Origin: Bacilli bacterium
GTDB taxonomy: Bacteria; Bacillota_I; Bacilli_A; ML615J-28; CAG-698
DNA: 64,000 nt
Reading direction: 5' to 3'
Assembly: GCA_050953065.1 (NCBI GenBank)
Contig: JBMNLZ010000002.1
Location: 352,001 to 416,000, forward strand
Every line of letters begins with the position of its first letter. Position 1 is the first letter of the stretch. The notes beneath the pieces are model-generated. The model was not told where the DNA came from and made no database searches. It saw only the letters and a program-made list of their open reading frames with translations. Position numbers and translations under genes: made by a program. Of the stretch, positions 1 through 10,292 are shown piece by piece.

Positions 1-3000
1 CCTGAAAAAGTGGTTTTAGAAAGTCTTCAAGATGTATATGAATATAATCTTGACTTTTTTAGTTTGGAAAACATTCAAATTAAAAGTATTATTAAGGGAG
101 AAGAAGGATTAATTAACTTAGATGAAAGTATGTTAAGTAATGAAGATTTAGAAAAACTAAATCAAGTAGGTCTTCATGAAATAACAATCAATTATCAAGG
201 AAAAAATATTACTATTAAATTAGATTTATATAAAGATATTTATCAAGTTAAATATATTTATAATAATGGTTTAGAAGATTTAGTTATCAATCAAGTAAAG
301 GATAGTTTGCTTGAAGAACCAACCACTCCCCACAAAGATAATTATGATTTTTTGGGATGGTATTATAAAGCGCTTTGTGATGGAGTGGCTTGGAATTTTG
401 AAACGGATGTATTAAAAAATGATCTTGTTTTAGAAGCAAGATGGCAGTTAAGTAAAAAATTAGTTAGGTTTTTAAATGATGAAGAAGTCTTATATGAAAC
501 AGAAGTAAGTTATGGAGATAAAGTACCAGACTATCTTTTTGAAGTAAATGCTAATGAGATTTTTGTTGGTTTTTTAGATAGTAATGAAAAACGAGTTGAA
601 TATGTTTATGAGAATCTTGATTTATATGCTCAAGTTTATGAAATAAAAAATTATGATTTTAAATATTCTATTAAAAACAATTATGTTTATATTACTGGAA
701 TCGTTAATAATACAACTAAAAACTTAGTAATTCCAAGTCATATTTATGGACTTGAAGTAGTAGCGATAAATGACTATGCTTTTATGGATAATAATAAATT
801 AGAAAGTGTAGTGTTACCTAATACAATTAGAAAAATAGGAAGATATGCTTTTGGCTTTTGTGTTAACTTAAATAGTATTAATATTCCAAGCAATGCTATA
901 GTTTATGAGAAAGCATTTTATTTTACTAAGATGGTTGAAGGAATTGACTTTTTTATAGTTAATAATGTCTTACTTGAATATTATGGAGAAGATGAAATTG
1001 TTATAGTTCCAGATGGTGTAGAAAAAATTGCTAGTAAAGCATTTTATTATAAAAATGTTATTGAGGTAAAGTTACCTAATTCAGTAACTGAAATTGAAAC
1101 TGAAGCTTTTGCTTATTCTAATTTGATTAATGTAGAGATTCCTGCAAGTGTTAAGACTTTTGGAGCTGATATTTTTAAAGGTACTCCATGGCTTAAAAAT
1201 CAAGATTCATCAATTATTTTTAATAATTATTTTTTAACCTATATTGGTAGTGCTTTAGAATATAAGATTCCAGAAGGAGTAGAAAAGATTGCTACTAATG
1301 CATTTTTTGAAACCTCTCTTAGTAGAATTACAGTTCCTGCAAGTGTAGTTTATATCAATGATGATGCTTTTGATTCTAAAATTGATGAGATAGTATTTTT
1401 AGGAGTTTTACCTGATTTTTATAGTTCTTTTGTAAGTGAGGATGTAATTCTAAGAGTTAATTTAACTCAAGATGTTCCAAAAAAATATAATAGATATTAT
1501 GTTATTACAAAAGATACAACTTATGATGCATCATATGAATATAGAGTTATTAATGATGAGGTTATCATAACTAGATATTTAGGAGATGAATTAAAGATAG
1601 TAATTCCTGATGAAATAAAGGGAAAAAAAGTTGTAGCACTTGGTGCTTATGCATTTTTTGAAAGTTTAATTGAAGAGGTGACTTTACCAAAAGATTTAAG
1701 GATTATTTATCCATATGCTTTTTATAGTTCACTTAGTTTAAACAAAGTTAATTTTAATGAAAATTTAGAACACTTATCTTATTATGTTTTTGGTAGGTGT
1801 AAGAATTTAAAAACTCTTAATTTACCTGAGTCAATTAAAAGTCTAGATACTTATGCTTTAGGTGGATTTGGGTTAGAAAATTTAACACTTGATAATGTTT
1901 ATTATAAAACTGTTGATAATGTACTTTATACAAGTGATTTAAGAACTTTAATTTTTTATCCAAACGGAATTAAAGATTCTGAGTTTGAAATTTTAGAAAG
2001 TGTTTATAGACTTTCATATGGAGCATTTATCATGGCTCAAAATATTAAAGTTTTAACCTTTAGTACTCCTTATTTACCACTTTATAATGAAGTAGCGTTT
2101 TATCCTGAGATAGTTATAAAAGCTAAAGATGATTTATTTGATAAATATAATATTTTATATGGTCTTATGACTAATGAGGTTTATAAAGAAAAAGATTTTG
2201 CTGGAGATTTTTGTATTATAAATAATGCTTTAGTAAAATATATTGGTAATGATGAAGAAGTAATTATTCCAGAAAATGTTACTACAATTGAGGCCAATGC
2301 TTTTCAAGGATATGGTAATCCTAAAAGAGTTATTATTAATCATTCATTAATGATTAAAAATTATGCTCTAACTTATATGAGAGATTTAGAAAGTATTACT
2401 TTAAATGCTTTTTGTACAGTTGATTCTTATGCAATACCAATTACTGCAGTTTTATTAGTAGAAGAGGCTGATATAGTTTTATATAAAGCAATGATTAATG
2501 TAATTGAGGAGTATTTGATTATTTCTAAAACTTCTTTAATTAAAGAAAATGATGATTTTAAATATGTTATATATAATAATAAAGCAATGATTTTAAAGTA
2601 TTTAGGAAATGCTTATGATTTAATAATTCCTGAAAAAATAGATGATTATAATGTTACATATATTAATAACAATGCTTTTGTTGGATCATCAGTTAGAATT
2701 GTTGATTTACCTAAAACAATTGAAAAACTTGGTGCTTGGGTTTTTGCTTCATCTAATCTAGAGGTGATTATCTTTAGAAGTTTAGCTGTTCCTAATATAA
2801 AAGATTCAACTTTTTCTTATGATGAAAAATTAGAGATTTATGTTTTAAAAGAAAGATTAGATAATTATAAAGAAAATATTAATTTTTCTAAACATTTATT
2901 ATTTGCATATGATGAATATGTAAGTTCAGAAGGAATTTTAAAATATATAATTTATGATAATCAAGTGATTATTAAAGGACATACTAATAGATCATATGAA

Positions 3001-4035
3001 ATTGAAATTCCAAGTGAAATCTCAGGTTATCCAGTTACTACTATTGCAAGTGATGCTTTTAAGAATAGTTTAGAATTAAAGAAATTAGTTTTACCTAAAA
3101 CAGTTAAAAAGGTAGAAGCTAATGCATTTTCAGGTTGTATAAATTTAGAAAGTATTACTCTTTATAGTGAAGAATTAGCTTCAATTGGTTTTATTAATTT
3201 AAATCAATTAAGTAGTAATTTTAGCTTTAAAATTTTAGCAAGCGTCCATCAAGACTTTATTTTAGAATATCCTGATTTAGAAGATTATGTTTCAAGATTT
3301 GGAATTTTAATAACTTTTCATAGTATGGGTGGCAGTAGAGTAAAAAGCATTACAAAACTAGATAGTTATACTTTACCTAAAAATCCATATAAATTGGGTT
3401 ATGAGTTTTTAGGTTGGACTAATTTTTCAGGTGAAGCGATTGATTTTGATGCAATTGAAACTGATACAGTAGTTTATGCTAAGTGGCAAGAAAACACAAC
3501 AGTTCATACTGTTAGTTTTGTTACTAATACTGAGGCTTTAATTGAACCAATTGAAAAGATTTATAATGATACAATTGATATGATTATTATGCCTTATAGA
3601 GAAACATATCATTTAGAAGGTTGGTATTTAGAAGAAGATTTTCAAACTAAAATTACTTTTCCATTTGCTGTAACTAGTAATTGTACATTATATGCTAAAT
3701 GGATTAGTGTTGTTAGAGATGGCTCTACTTTTGAAAATGCCTACTTACTTTATAAAGGAATAAATACAATTAGTAGTAATCTAATTAAAACATATTATGC
3801 ATTCTATCCTTTAGACCCACCATATGATCAAGATAAGGTGTATATCTTTAGGAGTTTAGAGGTAGTTAATGTTATAATATATCTATATGATATTTATGGA
3901 AATGAAATGAAGTTTAATTATGGAGGAGATGAACCTTTCTATTTAGACCAATTGCTTAAGCAACAATATATTTATTATATAGCATTTGAAAAACTAGATT
4001 CGAGTGTATCAGTATATCAAGTTGAGGTGGATTAA
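1..4035 (+). CDS. Large surface protein with BspA-type leucine-rich repeats (LRR_5) and InlB B-repeat (Flg_new) domains; 5'-partial
   Basis: Frame is open from base 1 (cct gaa aaa gtg). Contains many 'IPxxVxxIxxxAF' LRR motifs and 'PxKxGYxFLGW...LYAKW' B-repeats. Confidence 0.85.
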   Translation, partial: PEKVVLESLQDVYEYNLDFFSLENIQIKSIIKGEEGLINLDESMLSNEDLEKLNQVGLHEITINYQGKNITIKLDLYKDIYQVKYIYNNGLEDLVINQVKDSLLEEPTTPHKDNYDFLGWYYKALCDGVAWNFETDVLKNDLVLEARWQLSKKLVRFLNDEEVLYETEVSYGDKVPDYLFEVNANEIFVGFLDSNEKRVEYVYENLDLYAQVYEIKNYDFKYSIKNNYVYITGIVNNTTKNLVIPSHIYGLEVVAINDYAFMDNNKLESVVLPNTIRKIGRYAFGFCVNLNSINIPSNAIVYEKAFYFTKMVEGIDFFIVNNVLLEYYGEDEIVIVPDGVEKIASKAFYYKNVIEVKLPNSVTEIETEAFAYSNLINVEIPASVKTFGADIFKGTPWLKNQDSSIIFNNYFLTYIGSALEYKIPEGVEKIATNAFFETSLSRITVPASVVYINDDAFDSKIDEIVFLGVLPDFYSSFVSEDVILRVNLTQDVPKKYNRYYVITKDTTYDASYEYRVINDEVIITRYLGDELKIVIPDEIKGKKVVALGAYAFFESLIEEVTLPKDLRIIYPYAFYSSLSLNKVNFNENLEHLSYYVFGRCKNLKTLNLPESIKSLDTYALGGFGLENLTLDNVYYKTVDNVLYTSDLRTLIFYPNGIKDSEFEILESVYRLSYGAFIMAQNIKVLTFSTPYLPLYNEVAFYPEIVIKAKDDLFDKYNILYGLMTNEVYKEKDFAGDFCIINNALVKYIGNDEEVIIPENVTTIEANAFQGYGNPKRVIINHSLMIKNYALTYMRDLESITLNAFCTVDSYAIPITAVLLVEEADIVLYKAMINVIEEYLIISKTSLIKENDDFKYVIYNNKAMILKYLGNAYDLIIPEKIDDYNVTYINNNAFVGSSVRIVDLPKTIEKLGAWVFASSNLEVIIFRSLAVPNIKDSTFSYDEKLEIYVLKERLDNYKENINFSKHLLFAYDEYVSSEGILKYIIYDNQVIIKGHTNRSYEIEIPSEISGYPVTTIASDAFKNSLELKKLVLPKTVKKVEANAFSGCINLESITLYSEELASIGFINLNQLSSNFSFKILASVHQDFILEYPDLEDYVSRFGILITFHSMGGSRVKSITKLDSYTLPKNPYKLGYEFLGWTNFSGEAIDFDAIETDTVVYAKWQENTTVHTVSFVTNTEALIEPIEKIYNDTIDMIIMPYRETYHLEGWYLEEDFQTKITFPFAVTSNCTLYAKWISVVRDGSTFENAYLLYKGINTISSNLIKTYYAFYPLDPPYDQDKVYIFRSLEVVNVIIYLYDIYGNEMKFNYGGDEPFYLDQLLKQQYIYYIAFEKLDSSVSVYQVEVD

Positions 4036-5199
4036 ATGAAAAAATTAAAAATATTTTATGTAATTATTTTATTATTAGTATTAAGTGCTTGTGCTGAAAG
4101 CATCGATATTTTACTTTTTCCAAAAGATAATATTGAAATAGAAGTAGGAGAATTTTATGATTTAGCTCCAACAAGTAACTGTTTAGTAAATTTTGAAATA
4201 AAAGATGAAACGATTATTTCAATTAATTCAACAGTTATTAAAGGCTTAAAAGTAGGAGCAACTGAAATAATAGCTACAGCAGGAGCAAGAAAAGCTACAT
4301 TAATAATTACAGTAGTAGAAGAATCTCTTGATGATCCAACTGAGCCTAATAATCCAGGTATACCAGAAGAACCAACTACTCCTGAAGATCCAATTCCTTT
4401 AGCTAACACAATGTCTGTTTATTTTATTGATGTCGGACAAGGAGATTGTATTTTTGTTGAACTTCCAAATGGAGAAAATTTAATGATAGATGCTGGAGAA
4501 GATCATGCAGGAGAAGTTAGTAGTTGGACAAATATTACTTCAACTCTTGATGCTTTAGGTGTAAGTATAATTGATCATTTAATTATTACTCATAATCATT
4601 CAGATCATTATGCATATGTTCCTAATATAATTTCTAAATATGACGTTTTAAATGTATATGGTTCTGGTAGTACTAGAACAAATACACAATATTTAAGTGT
4701 AATGAATTCAATTAGCAATGCAGGGCTTGATTATAATGTTGTTAGTGTTGGTGATAAGATAATTGATGAAGATGGTTTAATGCTTCAAGTAGTAGCTACT
4801 AGACAAATTTTTAATGAAACTGATCCAAATATTACTAGCGTAGTAACAAGACTTGTTTTTGGAAATGTTGCTTTTATGTTTACAGGAGACGCTGGATATA
4901 CTAAATCAACTGATGGAGAATATACTGCTTTAAATAGTGGGCTTGAATTAAAATCTGATGTTTTAAAGGTTGGTCATCATGGTTCGAGTGGTTCTTCAAG
5001 CAATCAGTTTTTAGAAGCAGTTGGTGCAACTTATGGTGTTTTAACAACTGCTACAATCACTTCAACTGGTCACCCCAAAGCAGATGCTCTAGCAAGGCTT
5101 GAGGCTCATAATATGACTTTATATCAAACAAAAGATCATGGTAATATAATTTTTAGAACCTCATCTACTAAAATAACTAAAATTGAAACATCTAGGTAA
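4036..5199 (+). CDS. Lipoprotein with Ig-like domain, Pro-rich linker and ComEC/Rec2-type metallo-beta-lactamase-fold hydrolase (putative nuclease)
   Basis: Lipobox LSAC; motifs FIDVGQGD, THNHSDH, FTGDA, LKVGHHGS, GHP. Confidence 0.85.
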   Translation: MKKLKIFYVIILLLVLSACAESIDILLFPKDNIEIEVGEFYDLAPTSNCLVNFEIKDETIISINSTVIKGLKVGATEIIATAGARKATLIITVVEESLDDPTEPNNPGIPEEPTTPEDPIPLANTMSVYFIDVGQGDCIFVELPNGENLMIDAGEDHAGEVSSWTNITSTLDALGVSIIDHLIITHNHSDHYAYVPNIISKYDVLNVYGSGSTRTNTQYLSVMNSISNAGLDYNVVSVGDKIIDEDGLMLQVVATRQIFNETDPNITSVVTRLVFGNVAFMFTGDAGYTKSTDGEYTALNSGLELKSDVLKVGHHGSSGSSSNQFLEAVGATYGVLTTATITSTGHPKADALARLEAHNMTLYQTKDHGNIIFRTSSTKITKIETSR

Positions 5200-5216
5200 A
5201 ACTAGATGTTTTTTTA
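5186..5216 (+). terminator. Rho-independent terminator
   Basis: aaacatctag-gtaaaa-ctagatgttt hairpin followed by a T-run. Confidence 0.7.
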
Positions 5217-5252
5217 GAACTTAAAACTACCTTAAGCATTAATAAAAGCAAA

Positions 5253-5281
5253 TAGACAAATAAAATTAAATAAAATATAAT
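5253..5281 (+). promoter_or_regulatory. sigmaA-type promoter
   Basis: TAGACA-17 nt-TATAAT. Confidence 0.6.
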
Positions 5282-5326
5282 ATATAGTAGAGGGAACTTT
5301 TTTATAATAGAAAGGAAATCGGGGAA

Positions 5327-8023
5327 ATGAAAAAAATATTATATTTGGGAATGTTTTTATTGTTTAGTTTCATCATTACAGGTTGTAGTGAGATGGTAGC
5401 TAATGCTAATGTTACTATTACAGTTGAAGATTATGCTATTTCTTTAAATGTTGGAGATATAGAAATAATTAAACCGGTTGTAACAGGAATAGAAGGAGCT
5501 AATCTTAATTACACTTCAAGCGATGAAACTGTTTTTATTGTTGAAAATGGTGCCATTTCAGCATTAAAGGTAGGAGTAGCAACACTGAATATTTCAGTTG
5601 TAGGAACTAATGCTACTGCTATAGTAAATGTTACAGTTGTTGATCCAAGTGAGGGTAGTGAAGACATTTCAGAGATTTTAGTTATAGCAAGTAAAACTAA
5701 ATTACATGTTAATGAAAGCCTTAAATTGAATGTTATGGTTGATTCAAATATTTATGCAGGTGAAGTTCAATGGTTTTCAAATAATACTTCAATTGCAAGA
5801 GTTGATGCATCTGGTCTGGTTACTACTTTAAAACCAGGTACAGTAACAATTACTGCACTAGTTGGTAGTGCTTGGAATTCAGTTAATATTACAGTTCAAG
5901 CTGCACCAAATGTAATTGTTCCTGTTGTTTCAACAATTATGTTATCAGGTTCAAGTTTTGTTAATGTAAATGGAGCGGTAATGTTATCTGTTTCAACTAA
6001 TACTGGTGAAGTACCTGAATTAGTTTGGTCAACAAGTGATGAAACAATTGCAACAGTTAATGATGGTGTTATTACAGGTGTTGGTGCAGGGATTGCAATA
6101 ATCACAGCTTCTTTAAATGATAATGAAGCAGTTAAAGGAACTTTCACTATTTTAGTAAAAGAAGATTTAGAAACAAATACTGATAGTAAAATAACAACTA
6201 TTACTTTGAGTGCTCCTAATGAAGTACTACAAGGTAATAAAATTAAGTTAGCAGTTAGTTGGGTGCCAAGTACTGAGGCTGCATCATTTACTTATGCTTC
6301 AAGTGATACTTCAATTGCAACAGTTGATGCTTTTGGTTGGGTAACAGGAGTTAAAGGTGGAGTTGTTCAAATTAGTGCAACATTAGTTGCAGACTCTACA
6401 AAGAGTGCAGTTCATACAGTTAATGTAATTCCTCTTCCTTCAAGTTTAGCTATCACTGGTCCAACAAGTCTATCTTATGGACAAAAAGTTACGCTTGAAG
6501 TTGCAGCAATGCCATCTGGAGCAAGTAATGCTGTAACTTGGACTTCAAGTAATACTGCTGTTGCAACAGTTGATAGTAGTGGTAGAGTAACTGGTATTGC
6601 TGCAGGAAGTGCAACAATCACAGCAACTTCAATTGTTTCAAATAGTATTTTAGCATCTCATAATATTACAGTTAATGATTCAAATTCAATTACTTTAAAT
6701 CCGACAAGTCTTTCATTAATTGCAGGAGCAAATCAAACAATTACAGCAACTGTTAATGCTAGTAATTTAACAGATAAATCAGTTACATGGAGTAGTAGTA
6801 ATACTGGTGTTGCTACAGTTGATAATAATGGTAAAATTACAGCAGTAGCAGCAGGTAGTTCAACTATTACAGCAACATCTAAAGCTGATGCAACATTAAA
6901 AGCAACATGTGCTGTAACAGTAACAGCTGTTCCAAGTGGTGGTGGTACTGGTGGATTAACAATCACACAAAGTCCAACTGGAACAATCGCAGTAGGAGCA
7001 AGTGGTTATCAATTATATATTACAGATTCAAGTGGTGCAAGTGTCTCTCGTCTTGAATGTACTTTCTCATCAAGTAACTCTAGTGTAGCAACAGTTTCTG
7101 CATATGGAACAATCTCAGCTTTAGCAAATGGAACTGCAACAATCAATGTAACTCATGCATCAAAAGGAACTGGTTCAATTACTTTAACAATTGGATCTGG
7201 TGGTGGCTCAACTCCTCCAGTTACGCCTCCAGCAACAGGCTTAGTAATCACACAAAGCCCATCAGGTACAATTAATGTTGGAGCAAGTGGCTATCAATTA
7301 TATGTAAAAGATACAAGTGGAACAAGCATTTCAAGAACTGAATGTACTTTCTCATCAAGTAATAGTGGAGTTGCTACAGTTTCTGCATATGGAACAATTT
7401 CAGCTTTATCAGGTGGCTCTGCTAAGATTACAGTAACTCATCCTTCAAAAGGATCAGGTACAATTACTCTAACTATTACAGGTTCAAGTGGTGCTGTAGA
7501 AAATAAACGTAATACAATTATAGAAATAGCATTAAATGAAGTAGGTTATACTGAAGGATATAATAATAATACTAAGTACGGTGCTTGGTATGGAATGAAC
7601 TATCAACCATGGTGTGCAATGTTTGTTTCTTGGTGTGCATATAAAGCAGGCATTCCAACTTCAATTGTTTATAAATATGCTTCAGTTTATTGGGGACTTC
7701 AATGGTATAAAGATAAAGGATCTGCTTATTATAAATCATATTATCAAACTCAAACAGGCGCTTATACTCCAAGATGTGGAGATATCGTATTCTTCCAAAG
7801 CAATGGAGCATCTCATACTGGTTTAGTTATTAGATGTGAAGGAAGTAAAATGTATACAGTAGAAGGAAATACATCTGATAGAGTATTGAAACGTTGGTAT
7901 TATTATAAGAGTTATAATAAGATTACAGGTTATGGTGTACCAGGATATCCAGCAAGTTCAACTCCAATTAAAAACTTTAGTGTTAGTGGAGCAACTTTTG
8001 GTGGCGGTGTATCAACAACTTAA
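5327..8023 (+). CDS. Lipoprotein with multiple bacterial Ig-like (Big_2) repeats and a C-terminal CHAP (Cys/His amidase-peptidase) domain
   Basis: Lipobox ITGC; repeated 'WxSSNxxVATVDxxGxVT' motifs; C-terminal 'NNTKYGAWYG...PWCAMFVSWC...GDIVFF...HTGLV...TVEGNT'. Confidence 0.85.
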   Translation: MKKILYLGMFLLFSFIITGCSEMVANANVTITVEDYAISLNVGDIEIIKPVVTGIEGANLNYTSSDETVFIVENGAISALKVGVATLNISVVGTNATAIVNVTVVDPSEGSEDISEILVIASKTKLHVNESLKLNVMVDSNIYAGEVQWFSNNTSIARVDASGLVTTLKPGTVTITALVGSAWNSVNITVQAAPNVIVPVVSTIMLSGSSFVNVNGAVMLSVSTNTGEVPELVWSTSDETIATVNDGVITGVGAGIAIITASLNDNEAVKGTFTILVKEDLETNTDSKITTITLSAPNEVLQGNKIKLAVSWVPSTEAASFTYASSDTSIATVDAFGWVTGVKGGVVQISATLVADSTKSAVHTVNVIPLPSSLAITGPTSLSYGQKVTLEVAAMPSGASNAVTWTSSNTAVATVDSSGRVTGIAAGSATITATSIVSNSILASHNITVNDSNSITLNPTSLSLIAGANQTITATVNASNLTDKSVTWSSSNTGVATVDNNGKITAVAAGSSTITATSKADATLKATCAVTVTAVPSGGGTGGLTITQSPTGTIAVGASGYQLYITDSSGASVSRLECTFSSSNSSVATVSAYGTISALANGTATINVTHASKGTGSITLTIGSGGGSTPPVTPPATGLVITQSPSGTINVGASGYQLYVKDTSGTSISRTECTFSSSNSGVATVSAYGTISALSGGSAKITVTHPSKGSGTITLTITGSSGAVENKRNTIIEIALNEVGYTEGYNNNTKYGAWYGMNYQPWCAMFVSWCAYKAGIPTSIVYKYASVYWGLQWYKDKGSAYYKSYYQTQTGAYTPRCGDIVFFQSNGASHTGLVIRCEGSKMYTVEGNTSDRVLKRWYYYKSYNKITGYGVPGYPASSTPIKNFSVSGATFGGGVSTT

Positions 8024-8038
8024 AAAATGTCTCCTTTT

Positions 8039-8066
8039 CTCCTCACTTTAAGTGAGGAGTTTTTTT
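8039..8066 (+). terminator. Rho-independent terminator
   Basis: ctcctcact-tta-agtgaggag followed by a T-run. Confidence 0.8.
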
Positions 8067-8068
8067 AT

Positions 8069-8097
8069 TTGACATAAATAAAAAAAAAGAGTATAAT
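8069..8097 (+). promoter_or_regulatory. Consensus sigmaA promoter of the thrS leader
   Basis: TTGACA-17 nt-TATAAT, perfect consensus. Confidence 0.85.
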
Positions 8098-8103
8098 CTC
8101 TAC

Positions 8104-8335
8104 TAGATACGTTGATAAAGGACATGGTTAATAAATTAATTTTTTTACAAGAGAAAGTAGGCTGGTGGAAACTACTTAAAAATATTTATTAATTACTACC
8201 TTTGGAGTAGATTGAAAAAACAATCCGTAGTCTTTGCGTTAAAAGAGTTAAAAGTTGCATCTATTTATTATAGATGAATTAAGGTGGTACCGCGAAAAAT
8301 TCGTCCTTATGTTTTTACATAGGGATTTTATATTT
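8104..8335 (+). ncRNA. T-box riboswitch (Thr) leader
   Basis: AGAGA and GGTGGAA stem-I motifs; T-box AAGGTGGTACCGCG at 8281-8294; terminator tccttatgt/acataggga with T-rich tail; lies upstream of thrS. Confidence 0.9.
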
Positions 8336-8350
8336 ATAAGGAGAAAAATT

Positions 8351-10264
8351 ATGAAAATTACATTTCCAGACAAAAGAGTAGCAGAATTTGAAAAAGGAGT
8401 TTCAGCTTTAGATATTGCAAATTCTATTTCTAAAACTTTAGCTAAAAAATGCGTTTATGCTAAAGTAAACGATGTTGATTATGATTTAAATCGTCCGATT
8501 CTAAAAGATTCAACCCTTGTTTTAGTAACATTAGATGATGAGGGGATTAATGATTTTTTAAATCACTCTTGTAGCCATTTAATGGCAAGTGCGATTAAAA
8601 GGCTTTATCCAAAAGCAATGTTTGGAGTAGGTCCAGCCATTGAAGAAGGATTTTACTATGATGTTAATCCAGGAGAAGGCGAAAAGATTACTGAAGAAGA
8701 TTTAGAAAAAATCGAAAAGGTAATGCTTGAGATTGCCAATCATGAAATGACTTTTGAAAGAATAGAGGTTTCTAAAGAAGAAGCTTTAAAGTTTTTTAAA
8801 AAGGATAAATATAAACAAGAAATCATTAATGAATTAGAAGAAGGAGTTACTATTACTCTTTATAAACATGATGATTTTTGTGATTTGTGTCGTGGACCTC
8901 ATGTTCCTAATACTAAGTTTTTAAAGTTTTTTAAACTTCTTAATATTAGTGGAGCTTATTGGAGAGGGGATAGTAAAAACGAACAATTACAACGTGTATA
9001 CGGGACTTGTTTTAAAGATCAAATTTCACTTGAAAAACATCTTCAGATTTTAAAAGAAAGAGCTGAGCGTGATCATAGAAAACTTGGTAAAGAATTAGAA
9101 CTTTTTATGATTAGTGATTATGGACCAGGCTTTCCTTTCTGGTTACCTAAAGGAATGGTTTTAAGAAAAGCATTAGAGAATTATTGGTATAAAGTTCATA
9201 CAAGAGAAAACTATGAAATGATTCAAACACCAATTATGCTTAATAAAGAATTATGGGAAATATCAGGGCATTGGGCAAATTATAAAGATAATATGTATAC
9301 ATCAGAAATAGATAAACATGAATTTGCAATTAAACCGATGAATTGTCCTGGAAGTCTACTTGTTTATAAACATAGTCTTCATTCTTATAAAGATTTTCCA
9401 TGGAGAGTTGGAGAATTAGGACTTGTTCATAGGCATGAGGCTAGTGGAGCATTGAATGGTTTGTTTAGAGTTAGAGCTTTTACACAAGATGATGCTCATA
9501 TCTATATGAGAGAAGATCAAATAGAATCTGAGGTTTGTGAGTTGATTCGTTTATATGATGAAATCTATTCAGTCTTTAATTTAGATTATCATATTGAACT
9601 TTCAACAAGGCCAGTTGAAAAGTTTATCGGAACAGTTGAAGTTTGGGATAAGTCTGAAAAAGCATTAGCTAATGCTTGTATAAAAGCTGGTAAAACTTAT
9701 AAAATAAATGAAGGAGATGGGGCCTTTTATGGACCAAAACTAGATTTTAAATTAAAAGATTCAATGAATAGAATTTGGCAATGTGGTACTATTCAACTAG
9801 ATATGAATTTACCAGTTAGATTTGATATTTCATATATTGATGAGAAGGGTGAAAAAAAGCGTCCTGTAATGTTGCATAGAGCTTTACTTGGATCTATTGA
9901 AAGGTTTATTGGAATTATTATTGAACACTTTGGTGGAGCATTTCCAACTTGGCTTGCGCCAGTTCAGGTAAAACTAATTCCAGTTAATAATGAGTATCAT
10001 TTAGAATATGCTAAAAAGATTGAAAAAATCTTAAAAGAAAATGATATTAGAGTTGAAATTGATGAGCGTGAAGAAAAGTTAGGTTATAAAATTAGAGAAG
10101 CTCAAACAAAGAAAATTCCTTATCAATTAGTATGTGGTGATAATGAAGTAAAAAGTGATACTTTAACTTATAGAAAATATGGAGAAAAAGATTCTTTTAA
10201 TTTAAAAGTTGAAGAGTTTGTTTCTAAACTTATTGAAGAAATTAAATCATTAGGTAAAAAATAA
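8351..10264 (+). CDS. thrS: Threonine--tRNA ligase
   Basis: TGS domain, HSCSHLMA, DLCRGPHV, RDHRKLGKEL, KPMNCP, GAFYGPK. Start moved to ATG 8351 after an AAGGAG RBS; the longer ORF overlaps the T-box. Confidence 0.97.
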   Translation: MKITFPDKRVAEFEKGVSALDIANSISKTLAKKCVYAKVNDVDYDLNRPILKDSTLVLVTLDDEGINDFLNHSCSHLMASAIKRLYPKAMFGVGPAIEEGFYYDVNPGEGEKITEEDLEKIEKVMLEIANHEMTFERIEVSKEEALKFFKKDKYKQEIINELEEGVTITLYKHDDFCDLCRGPHVPNTKFLKFFKLLNISGAYWRGDSKNEQLQRVYGTCFKDQISLEKHLQILKERAERDHRKLGKELELFMISDYGPGFPFWLPKGMVLRKALENYWYKVHTRENYEMIQTPIMLNKELWEISGHWANYKDNMYTSEIDKHEFAIKPMNCPGSLLVYKHSLHSYKDFPWRVGELGLVHRHEASGALNGLFRVRAFTQDDAHIYMREDQIESEVCELIRLYDEIYSVFNLDYHIELSTRPVEKFIGTVEVWDKSEKALANACIKAGKTYKINEGDGAFYGPKLDFKLKDSMNRIWQCGTIQLDMNLPVRFDISYIDEKGEKKRPVMLHRALLGSIERFIGIIIEHFGGAFPTWLAPVQVKLIPVNNEYHLEYAKKIEKILKENDIRVEIDEREEKLGYKIREAQTKKIPYQLVCGDNEVKSDTLTYRKYGEKDSFNLKVEEFVSKLIEEIKSLGKK

Positions 10265-10292
10265 AATATTTTTAAAAAAGGAGGACTAAATT

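Noticed and set aside
8255-8350. N-terminal extension of ThrS given in the ORF track
   Set aside because: It overlaps the T-box antiterminator and terminator; the RBS points to ATG 8351.
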